Shown here in pieces: positions 12,701-24,600 of a stretch of 64,000 nt of DNA. Within the stretch, counting starts at the first letter, position 1. Every line of letters begins with the position of its first letter. The notes beneath the pieces are model-generated. The model had not been told where the DNA came from, made no database searches, and worked only from the letters and a program-made list of their open reading frames with translations. The translations under genes and the position numbers were made by a program. The DNA is from Phoronis australis (lineage: Eukaryota; Animalia; Phoronida), in the NCBI GenBank assembly GCA_002633005.1, contig NMRA01000105.1:248001-312000 (forward strand). The letters run 5' to 3'.

Positions 12701-15350
12701 ATTGGCATTTGGTATTGGTAGCAAGTGAACAAAAATGTCTCATCTTTTTTGCTAGTGATATTCGACTATGTAGTACTCGTAAAACATCCCAAGGTAGATG
12801 TAGTAAATGCATTATCAACCAGGAGATTGAAAGGAGACGAGACATTACTCTGAATGGTGGGAAACCAATATGGAATCTCCAAAAATAATTTTCGTGGATT
12901 CCATAGGTCTTCATGAGTTGGCCCCTGGATACAAGCAACAGTTGCTCTACCGTTGCATACCATGTAGTCATCTTTCTTCATTGGATGACAACGGCGTTCT
13001 CTGTGTCACATAAGGTTGTTGGGTGCCAAATGTTTTCATCAGCCACTCCCGTATGGAACACACTTGTTTGAGGTGTCAAGAAAAGCCCTTCTGTACAGGG
13101 TCTTAAGAAGAGTATCACTATTCATTGTTCTATCCACTGTCTGCTTTTCAACCAATTTAGACCTTCCACCACCTTAGTTGTTTTATTATTTGTTGTATAT
13201 CATGTATGTATACTTTATTCCTGTTCGCCATTTGTTCATTTTAGTGTTATCTGATGGCATTAGTTCTTTCTTTTTTGTCTATTTTACTTTGTGTTATGTC
13301 TTCAGGTTCATTCTATTGAGTAATGTTAAATGATAATAATCTTGATAGAAACCCAGCACAATTGTTGTTAACATTCTGTATTTAAGTCCAACGTTTAGAC
13401 AAAGTTCAATTCTCAAGGACTACACCAACATCCTTTGGGTAACTGCTTTATAAGGGAGTTGTGGTTCAGTTGATTTTGTTACTTGTGACCTTGTTGCTGG
13501 GTTTGGTGAACTTGAGAATGATGAACTGAACTTCATCGAGACATATGACTTGTGTACATAGATACAGAATATTAACAACTTACAGTTCTGCTGGGGTTTC
13601 TGCTGCTTATATAGCCCAGAACTAGGATCGTCATTAATCGTGGTAATAATTTCATTCAGAAATCTGTAAATGCAGACGAAAGCACGTGGGACAGTATTCG
13701 AGGGGAGACAAATCCTCAGGTGCTCAGTTCCTTACTGTGGTGCTGGCTGAGCGAGCTTCAGGAACCAATCCTTAGAGCCCAGGACATGGGCATACTTGAA
13801 GCTCATGTTGAGGACCCTCTCAAAGCTCTTGATAGACTGGAAAGGGTAAGCGAGTTTCCTAACATATTGAGAATTTGGCATTTTTACTGTAATTACTGTA
13901 CAAATTTGTTAAAAGTAACCTGAAATTTTAATTGTAACTTATGTTTTTTAAAGAACTGTTTGCAGAATTCTCTTCGTCAGCGTTGTGGCATAAAGCCAGA
14001 AAAAATCCCGATGGAAGTATTTAAAACATAGCCAGTCCATTTTGCTCTAAAATTCTGCTCTTGTTGTAATAATACACAAATCATAGTCTCAGTTTTGATG
14101 AAGAATTCTACTTGGACGCAAAGTTTCGACCATCAGCTGTTTATTGCCATCTGTGCAGTTGTTAAGATGACAAAATTGAACTGGCCTGACATTGTCTGAG
14201 TATTGTTCTCGGTTACCTAACGTCACAAAAAATCCTCAATGACGTATTTCAGATGAGTGATGATTTAATTTCTTGGGTAGGTGCTAATACGACCTCAGTA
14301 GGTGGCAGCACCAATCTTGAGTGAAATCACCAACACGGTTCAGACTTACACATCGAAGTAGTTTGGAGTTCGAATCAATTCAAGTCATGTTTATTATAAT
14401 TACTTTCAATACTTACTTAAAGCCACCACAAACCATGGTCTGGTGTTACAACTTAGACACTATGTCTACTTTCTTCTCAGAGTGTATTTGCTTTTTTGAA
14501 ACGAGGTCATTGCATTCACTCCTTTGTTGAATTTTGATTTGTTAAATTACCTCACCTGGAATTCTCTGATGACCATCCTGCTTTCGTGACTGAGAACTCA
14601 CCCACCTTGACACACATCTCAATGTGCCTTGGGCATTTTTCTTGGAAAGACTATTGCCTTTTGGCGGATAGTCAAAAGTTGATTTTTCGTCTTTGTTGTT
14701 TCTCTAAACGTTCTGTCTACCGATTTCTGTCTCTTGACTTTGAGTTGTCAGTAGACAGCTTTTCTGTCTTTCAGCCTTAGTCTGTTTTTATGACACAGTC
14801 TATGCCATTTTTGACTGATTTTCAACCAATTGACAAAAGCCAAAAGACTGTTTGAGAAACAGGTCTCAGGTCTAAAGCAAAATTGACATGTCAGTTTTTT
14901 TAAACCCAAGTATGGAACAAGATGAGTCTGATTTATGGCAATAAATTGTCTGAATCGGAATATGGCACTTGACTGAAGGTGTAGCGGAGTTTATTGCCCT
15001 TTTAACTGTGGTAAGTGTATTTATAGGGTGTGAAGACTACAGTTGAATATCTAGTCAAGGTCATGTTACGGTTTGGCAAACTGCCAGAGAATCTGGAACA
15101 TTCGTTTGTGGTGCATTTGATCTCTGCATTGATTCACCAGCCTCTTTCTGAGGATGACCTAACCACACTCAAGGGTACCAAAGACGGCGCAAGTCTCACA
15201 GATACACAGGGTACAAAGCGGATGACAGAGTCTGGAAAATTAACGAGCTACAAGGTGTCTATGTTGTTTACGTTTTTCTACAACTTAGTAGAAGTGTTGA
15301 CCCAAAAAGCTGTAGAGCAAGTCTTGGACAAAACGAAATCATCTGTCTAG
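753..15350 (+). CDS. PTPDC1: Protein tyrosine phosphatase domain-containing protein 1, 5'-partial (upstream exons outside window)
   Basis: Nine GT-AG exons with consistent phases: 753-868 (AGIRSIINLQRPGEH...), 5100-5121 (IFFYNFGW), 6423-6529 (RDYGVASLSTILDMVKVMQFAVSEGKVAIHCHAGL), 7199-7286 (GRTGVLIACYLV...), 9524-9613 (PNAIQTRGQ...), 11884-11983 (...LHGFEARSLKFLPK), 12230-12679, 13660-13845, 15027-15350 (stop TAG). The catalytic HCxxGxxR loop (HCHAGLGRTG) and flanks match PTPDC1 as I recall it. Confidence 0.93.
2773..3010 (+). mobile_element. tRNA-derived SINE, family copy 1
   Basis: Head with A box TGGCCTAGTGG and B-box-like GGTTCTAGTGCC; body homologous to copies at 11.2 kb and 41.2 kb; TSD tgtattgatttga at 2760-2772 and 3011-3023. 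Confidence 0.82.
11150..11340 (-). mobile_element. tRNA-derived SINE, 5'-truncated copy 2
   Basis: Aligns by eye with 41189-41370 (aattgcaggcggtctg...gagctgaggag...ctcaagggtt...gcagtgtg...tgggact). Confidence 0.78.
13346..13610. mobile_element. Penelope-like element remnant: two inverted pLTR-like ends
   Basis: 13346-13421 is an inverted partial copy of 13510-13605. 13470-13605 matches the reverse complement of 33270-33413. Both halves carry the hammerhead-like motif. Confidence 0.55.
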
Positions 15351-17444
15351 TGTTGTAAAGAGTTGTGGGCTGTATAGAGTTGCGCGCCATTAACAATTAT
15401 CAGTACAATCCGATATTAATATTTTCTTATTAATATCACGATTTAACGTCACTTTCATGGATGCTTCTTCAAACATTTCGTTCAACTTCTGCAAGACTGT
15501 TAGCATGGAAATAAATAGGCAGGTTAGCCTTAGGTGGGGTATTTGTCTTGCTACGTCACATACAGGGCAAACTAATTAAGCAAGAGGATGCTTTGTAATT
15601 GCACCTTTAGTGTCTTTCTCTAATGTGGTGCGGGACAGGCTAGTGCACTTAAAAACAGGTTAAATGTTTTCCGATATCAATTTTTAATAGTTAAAAAAGT
15701 ATTGAAGATGACTGTCCTTTGCTGTATGGATTTCCCTGATCACCATAAGATAATGGATCCTTGTATTATCAGCATCATACGGGAATTTTCTTATGTACAT
15801 TGATATGCGTCGATAGTTGCCAGCGGTGTCTAGCTAAGTTAAATGCATGTTTTTACTTACAGGTTTAGTGTTCAAACATTGATGTTTATTTGTTACTGGC
15901 TTCTCACAAACTTGAATTGTACACTCAAGTGTAGTAGGAAGATGTTATCAACAAAAACAGGTACAAAAATCTTGAAAATCCTTTTGCAAAAAATACAACA
16001 AATGGTCTATCTACAGTACATGGTATTATCATCCCCTGCAATAGTAGGTAATTTAGTGAAAAGTTAGCAATATGGAAGTATTTTATCGATAAGACCGAGG
16101 TATTACCATCAGTTTCACTGCAAACATCACTAGAGGTCATGGCAGTGAATTGGTGTCTTATTCCAGTTTAGTTTGGTGTGTACTTAAGTAGAACACTAAA
16201 TATCTTCATCAGTTTTTCTTGCTTGTTTACGTTTGCACCACTGTGTGCACTGGGAGATTTTAAACTGAAATTGGCCGATTCCGCCCATAATGATATGATC
16301 TAGTTATGGATGATATGGTAATGCTCTATGTATTTTGCACAGAAATAATTGTCATAATTGTTATTTTTCCATTCTTCAAAGTCTGGTTACTTTGTTTCTA
16401 ACAGTGGAAATTTCACCAAATGTTTTATGTTACATGGTGCAGAGGCTGAAGTTTTTTTATTTTTTTGAAGAAATTTGACAAAATAGGATTTCAAGTGTCG
16501 GCTATATTGTGTGAAGAATTGCCTTACATTACTTTTTTTGTGTTCATTATAATTAACGTCTTTACTCGAGGTCGGCCATCAACATATGCACTTGAATTTG
16601 TAACATAACATGTTGGCGATTGTTTTGTAAATATTTGTTATAATTCGCTGTCTGTTTGATGTTTTTAACTCTTTATTTTTGTTTAAGACTTTTTGATCTG
16701 ACTTGCTGTTGTATTTTACACCATTCCTGCATTCCAAATATGTGTACTGTCACTGTACTTTTCTGTTTACAGTTTGTTGATTCCTGGGTCCGTCCATGAC
16801 AGATGTTTATTTTTTAAGTTTATTGACAAGGTCACGTGTAGTATTCAATATGTCTTTATTATTTACATTTAATGTTGACAGTGTGGAATCGAAGTGAACA
16901 TAACCTTAAAAATCGTTTCAATTACACTTACTGCTGTTGTTCACGAGATTATCAGTAAAATAACTAACACAGTGTAACGTGAAGTTTTACATGGGCTTTT
17001 TAAAAGCTATACATTTTTGTAAAATCGTTGGTTCGTGAGAGTTGAGCTTTCTTAGAAAGTCTTTGTAATGAATAATATGAAGTTCACAAGGTGGCGCTAC
17101 AGACAAAATGCTACCCGTTAGTTCACTCAGCACAGGGTTGTTTCATGAAAAAGACTTTTTAAGTCTTCAAAGACAGAGATATCTTATGTTCTCGCTTGCT
17201 GTGTGGAGTATACGACCACACAAAGTCGTTTTTATTGAAGCAGACCCTAACCACACAAATGCTTTTAAGCAGCTTTTGTTCTTGCTATTTCAGACAATCG
17301 CATGTTGATACTGTACTCTTTATAAAAAAGTCATTACAAAGGCCAGAACACTGTGTCAAGCCACAACTTGGGTTATGTGTTTTTGTGTTGTGATCAAGTT
17401 TAAGTGTACGGTGTGTGTGTTTTCAGGTTACTAGGTGATGATTG

Positions 17445-17551
17445 AATAAAAATGCAAGACATGGATTGTGTGTTTTGTTTATTGAATGTGCTGTCGACCT
17501 GAATTTCTTCAATGGGCCACATGTAAATGAGAGCCACTTTATTGTAATAAA
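17445..17551. terminator. Candidate back-to-back polyadenylation signals of convergent PTPDC1 and CAPZA
   Basis: AATAAA on + at 17445 and 17546 and on - at 17478-17483 and 17538-17543; base skew flips from T-rich to A-rich here. Confidence 0.45.
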
Positions 17552-18641
17552 AATGATGAAAAAACAAAGGACTGGAACTTAACACTCGTCTGCTATATCA
17601 AATTTTTATTATACCAATGGAATTCTTCAAATGGCTGAATGACAGTAAAACTGAAAAATTAATACGAAGTAACCCTGGCTTGCTATCAAGCTGATTCCAA
17701 CAAACACGATATCTGCTAATAGTATAAATACTATTAATAACAACATAGTCAGATATAGGCACAAAAGGATACTGCTTTTGTGTAGAAAGAAGAAAATGTG
17801 ACAAAAATTGACGTCCCATCTGCACAATGAACCATGAACATAACTTAAAAGAAAACGCTTTGGCATATGTTTTAAACTAGTGAATTTACAATGCAAGCCT
17901 CTGCAAATACTGGTAATAATGTTCTTACAAAGGTACACTAACAATACGCAAAGATAAAAAGGTAACCAATGCGAGTACTCGACTACAGAGGAGTACTGAA
18001 TGAATTTGTCTCGTCAAAGTTCTTATTATTTCGTGAACTTCGTTCGTTTTAAAAAATATGTGCAGTGAGAAGGTGTGGGACAAAGCAATGCTGATATCTT
18101 AAATCATGCAGCTCAAAAACAAAAAAACGGACGAAACGTATGGCAACCTGTTTGCATACTGCGTTAAACATTTATACCGACAGGAAGACTACGCGTTTCT
18201 AATGCAATACACACGCGGTGCATTTTTAGCCTTAAGTTGCATAAATTCTCACTGCCAAGTTAGAGTATCAACAATTTAAAGGTGTATTACAAAACGTCAT
18301 GATGACAGAAAGGGGTGTGGTCACTTCTGGCAAATGTAAGCAAGTGAAGGTAAAGACTTTCTTTGTCTCACAATACCTGATGATTAGGAACAACAAGCTT
18401 TACTTGAGTCTCAACAGAAAAATTGACTAATTGTAATTGCTCGGAACGATACAAGTGAACTTTGAATTTTCATGTGATGTCACTGGTCAATTTTTGAGCT
18501 GAATCTCGAATAAAGTTTGGTACTTAAGGGCTCAGATGTCTTGGTGATATGCAGTCCCTGTAGGAACTATGGTATTACATCAGTCACACGATTTATCGTA
18601 CTAGTGTCTAATTTGTATACAAAATCCAACATCCTCAGCCA

Positions 18642-21600
18642 TCATGGCATCTTCAGTGCATTCACCATGCCGTACCCGGCAATCTTGTTCCAGTCAACCT
18701 TAGAGCGAGTAACCGGCAGCTGTCGTCGTAGAGCCTTAAACGTTGTACCAGACATCTCACGGTAGTTGTCACTGATGGCTTGCTGCAAAATAAATGGATT
18801 ACTTAGGAAGAAAAATGACAAAACTCGCACCACTCAAATACTGGTTAAGTATAGAAGCAAAGTTTTCTGAATTGTTGTTTAAATTGAAGACTATTTCTAG
18901 CAGTTTTCATTTCGTTTCATTCTCTGTTGTCAGACTAGACTCCCAGTCTATAAAGTAGCCTCAAGCCAAGATCTTAAAAAGAATGATTTTTGACGTAATA
19001 TTTCTCTAAACACCGTCCATATTTCAATGCTTTCACTGCACAACAACCACTTGGTTGTTTGCCAAGACGGCAGCATAGTCAAGATGATCTCGTAGGCAGG
19101 AGACAGAGCTCGACGACTGTAGAATGGTCAGGATGATCTCGTAGCCAGCAGACAGAGCTCGACGACTCTTATCGGTCTCAAATTTTGATGTCCCAAACTA
19201 CACTCACTTGATGGCGACCATAATAAACTATGCCACTTACTTGATACTCTTGTTCAGCCTCCAGAATTAGCTTGCATACATCTTTAGCTAGTTTGCTTTC
19301 ACTCTGTAAACAAAAAAAAAACATTAGTCCTAACAGTGACAATGTAAACATTGAAACCCATGTAGTTAACTTACAATAGTCCCAACACACACTAAGTACT
19401 GAAAACCCATATAGCTAACTTACAGTAGTCCCAACACAGACTATGTAAACACTGAAGCCCTATATAGTTAACTTACAGTAGTCCTAACACAGACTATGTA
19501 AATACTGAAGCCCCATAAAGCTAACTTACAGTAGTCCCAACACATACTACGTAAGCACTGAAGCACCTGATGCCAACTTGTCATTACAAAACATACAGTG
19601 GCAGAAACAGCAACGTATCTCCATTTTGCCCCTAATGCGACCACGCTAAACTAAGGCAAAGTTAACTCACCGAATTGAAATTGTAACTTGAACAAACAAT
19701 GCAAAGCCAAGTGTTGAAAAGTGCCCATGACTGCACTGCTAATGTTAAGCTTCTATGGAGAGTTCATTACTATCATAAAACTGGAAGAATATGTCAAAGC
19801 TGTTTGAAAATTCAAAGGCATCGGCATCTCCGTACAGACTCAAATCTAATGGCCACCAGGAAGTACACAATATGTCGAAACAGTCCAAAAATGGAAAGGC
19901 ACAGTCGTCAGTTAACAGAAACATACTTTTCCAAATTTCATGAAAATCCATTGACGAACTCTAAAGGTAAACGAACTAAAGGGTGGTATTCAGATTGATC
20001 CGAAACCCATTAACAATTGGATGCAAAAAACAAAATCACCACTATGGGGCAACACAGTAATCGGACCTATCCGAAAATGAACTTTGATCGTGGTGCACAT
20101 CTGCAAATTTTCATAATCATTATGATACCTGATCATTATCTTAAGTGGTCACCAAGGAGGACTGGAGACTATGGTAGCTTATGTTTGAAAAATGACACCT
20201 AAACAATGCAATCCTCAAAATGGGCACATCTGCCAAATTCTGTGATGATCCTTCAAGTGGTGTAGCAAATATAGTGGCAGACGCAAATGTTATGTGCACA
20301 ATTTATGCTAAAAACGTCATGGAAGGGAAACGTCCAAAAGTAGGAACATGCTATCCTTGCTGTGACTAAAACATACAACCGTACTGGGAAGACTTATCAA
20401 ATTATTGATTGTATACATGCAGGGAAAACTAAAATTGCCACTAGGAGGCACAGCAGTAGCAGAATTCATCCAAAAAACAATGCAATCCTCTATAGAAAAA
20501 CATCTGCTAAATTCCAACGTGATCCTTCGAGAGGTTTGATTACGCAAGCAGAGAGGCAGATGCCTAAACAATGAGAGCTAAAATATTTAAAGCTGCCCTT
20601 CCCCACTGTTCAGCCATCAATGTTGAATTCTAAGCCGACGCGCTTCGGGATTTATAAAGATAACCGACATTGAAATATTGCTGAAAGAACAGTCAATTCA
20701 AGTCATAGATAACACACACATGCGACATTTTTTTCTAATCTGCAATTTCATGCCAACCCCAATAAACTTTGAAGGATTTTCTGGGGTCACTGTTCTCGAT
20801 GGTAACGGAAACAGAAACTATCATATTATATGACTGATTTATGAGAGTAAAAAGCTGAACACCCCTTTTGTTTTCAGCCAGCTAGCCAGAGCAAAATGCA
20901 GCTTTAAACTGCCGAATCTATGCAAAAGTGTGAGAATGCAATGCTCTTTGTGATACAAACACGTTTACCAACTTCATGAAGATTGGTTACGATATATAAT
21001 GAAGCAGACGGGGAAAAACCTGACATTTCACTAATCTAAAGGGTCCCTACAGTTGACACCAAGACTCACCGAAACAGTCACTTGCTCTCGTGCCTCCTTA
21101 GAGCTGACCAGCTGGACGTTGCCATCTTCGTAATAGTGCACCTGTACTTTTAGTATGCCGACTAGCTCAGCATTACCACCGGTCTCTGGGAATGTTACTG
21201 ACCACTGGGACCTCCAGCGGCCATTCCTGAAACCGACAAACATTAAAACTGACGCGAACTACACAGAAGTTTACAAGAAATCTACCCCAACCTTTTACAC
21301 TCAATCAATCAAGGCATCCCCTTATGTTTTTAAACACATGCATCACAACAGATTGGTCAAAGGACTTTTGAATGTAATCCCTTTTCTAAAATAAAAGTCC
21401 TGAATATAACAAATCCCTAAAGATTCCACATTTAAATGTGAACCAGATGACACCAGCTCACTATTTCCTTTAAATACAGAAAAATAAAAACAAGTGAACC
21501 AAAAACTGCAACATGGTAAGTTAACTTCGTGCAGTACAAAGCCCGACAAGAATTACTCAAAGATGAATCACCCCATCAACGAGTAGGCGAATAACACCAC

Positions 21601-24600
21601 GGGTCTGTCTCATTAAAAGTGACTTTAAGATTTGAGTCAGAAATTTGGTCTTACGCTCCAGACAACAATTTCTGATATATAAATAAATCTCACATGTGCA
21701 AAAATGCAAAGTACCTGCGAATACACACTAAACTACTAGCAGACCTTGGAATGACCAGTGACAAAAAAAGAAGATTTTATAGGTGATATATCGCTTCACA
21801 AATAAATAGGCTAGTGTAATAGAAATATTTTTTGTGTAGTAAAATTTAACTGAAATAACCGTTTTTGCATGAATTTAGTCAAAATAATGATAAAAAAGAG
21901 ACGAAAAAAGAGGAAACTGGAAATCAAACAAGAGGAAATTGAAACCAAAAAAGAGGAAATCCCCTTAACAGAGGAGAATTCCAAGCCCTGATCTAGTTAT
22001 TTCTATGAATCACTGCTAGACTGTGATGTGTTCACAATTACTTGGTTAAAAGGATACTAAACCCCGTTTTGATGATTCTAACTATTATCCTGTGATGTGT
22101 TCACAATTACTTGGTTAAAAGGATACTAAACCCCGTTTTGATGATTCTAACTATTATCCTGTGATGTGTTCACAATTACTTGGTTAAAAGGATACTAAAC
22201 CCCGTTTTGATGATTCTAACTATTATCCTGTGATGTGTTCACAATCACTTGGTTAAAAGGACACTAAACCCCGTTTTGATGATTCTAACTATTATCCTGT
22301 GATGTGTTCACAATTACTTGGTTAAAAGGATACTAAACCCCGTTTTGATGATACAAACCATTATCCTCGTTCTGCCACCTGCGTTATTTTAGAAAGATAA
22401 AAGCAGGAATCGACTAAAAAGTAAATATTCCCTTATGTCAAGGATTGAATATTATGGTTCTTGGTTGGTGGTTTTTTCCTACAGTTGCAGTGTAATTCTC
22501 TAAAAGCGTACGTCACATTTCTCCCATTTGGGAGATTTTGAAAGGATCTTCCAAATTTTTTCCCAAAGCGTTGAGGGTTACAGAGCATTATTTTGCTTCA
22601 GAAAATTGGATGGGAAAGTCGTTTTTAACATCTGTTCACAGGCCAAAAGTGGGTTTGCTATCCCTTTAAACTTTTCTCCAGCAACTGTGTAGTGGGAGCA
22701 TTTTAAGATCAAATTTCTGTCATTTAAAGACTTTAATAGTCTTACGTCACTTCCATGAAACACACCCTTGGAAGCAGCAGCAACAGGGGAGACGAAAAAC
22801 GGCTCAGCATAGCCATGAATACCAACTTACCAGAAGTTGTGTGGTTCAAACTTGTGGCTCTCAGTGCAAGCGATGAGGGTGATGTTGCCGTCGGCGACTG
22901 ACCCGTAGACAGTAACGACGCCATGTTGGTAGTGTTCCTTAACGTACTCCGACATCGCCTTCTCTAGAGCCGAGCGCCATGGCTCCGAGGTGTTAGGCTC
23001 AATTACATCGGCATCACTCGCCTCTTTACGTAAGTGGTCATACCTGCACAGACACAACATGCACATGTGTAGAGCTATTATAGCATTTAACGTCATTGTA
23101 CTACACACCAAGGGTTATACAAAAACTAATTGGTATAAAAATTGACAAACCTAGTAAAACCTACAGCCTGCTGTGAAAAGCCCAATGTTTACGCATTAAA
23201 AGAATAGTCACAAAGTCATTGTTAGCGATTTGCGAGAAATGCCTACATTAAAATTTCCTTAATTCAGAACAGTAAAGTCGATGCGTAACACTACAGCCAT
23301 CAGAGAAAGGTGAGATTAACCAACTCTTATTTAAAAGTAGCGTGGCCAATTACCCTCATGATAGAACTTCTGACAACTGACCTATCGACAGGACTGTGTG
23401 ATGGCTTAACTGACCAATTAGAATGCAGCATTCTTGACACACCTTCATTTACAAGCAGTCATTTTACCTGACAAACAACACGTTGCCAGGTAAAACTTAT
23501 TGTTTGTTTGTCGACATTTTGCAAGATCTAGCATTGACAAACACAAGTAAACTTTGAATAAAGACAACAACTTTTCTAACAAGAGCAACGCGGAGTATTG
23601 AAATGCGCCCACGAATGCATTGCAAATGGTGTGCTTTTAGGATTATTTATTTGTATCATAATAATGGCAATCCAGTCATAAACGGGAACATGCCATATTT
23701 CGTAAAAATGTCAAGGAACTTCACAGAAACAAAGGAAAACAGAACAAAATGAAATTGCCACTTGTAGGCACAGTGTCTGTTCGATCGGCCTGAAAGTGGA
23801 CGCCATAAAGAAGATTTGAAAACAGCAAAAATGACCACCAGGTGGTGCAAAATACCTCAATTCCATCCAAAAACAGCATGATAGCGTCATCTCACCAATA
23901 GGTGCCTATATTCAAAATTTTATGAAAATCTCTTGAGGATCTTTGAAGATACAGACTGGTATACATAAAAAAATTAAATTGCCACTAGGGGGCACACCAG
24001 TAGTCAGATCCGTCCAAAAGTCGTCATTGTCAATATCATATAAATACACTTGCTAAATTAAGTTTAGATCCTGAAATGGTTTAATAGATACAGTCACTAG
24101 GAGGTAAACGTAAAAAACTAAAATTGCCACTAGGGGGCACACCGATAGTCAGATTCGTCCGAAAATTCGCCCATGCCGTCCCATCCACGGAAGGAACACA
24201 TACGCAAAATTTCACTTTTTATGCACCCACACATAAATATGTGGGCGCATAAAAAGTAACGACATGTTTCGGCGGTAAAGCATCTACCATTACGTTAGGT
24301 CACGTGATGTGACCACAGGTGATGCAGTTCAGTTCTTACTAAATCGTTTCTTCTGTTATTAAAGGCTTTGAACAGAACGTAGTAGTAATTCCTAATCCAT
24401 AAGCAAAGTTCTTTTCACATGTACCGCAAAACCTCTATTCTTCCACATTAGGTGACACACATGCTACTCTCAGATATCTCCAATTTATGAAATTAATGAC
24501 AAAGATTTGTTTAGAATTCATTCATCACACATCAAATTTTAATGTTTGGCATGGGATTCATGTCATGACATCACAGAATTAGGCCTGCCGTTTTGTAATC

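Noticed and set aside
22021-22365. CRISPR-like periodicity
   Set aside because: Contiguous near-identical units with no unique spacers, no cas genes, eukaryotic intron.
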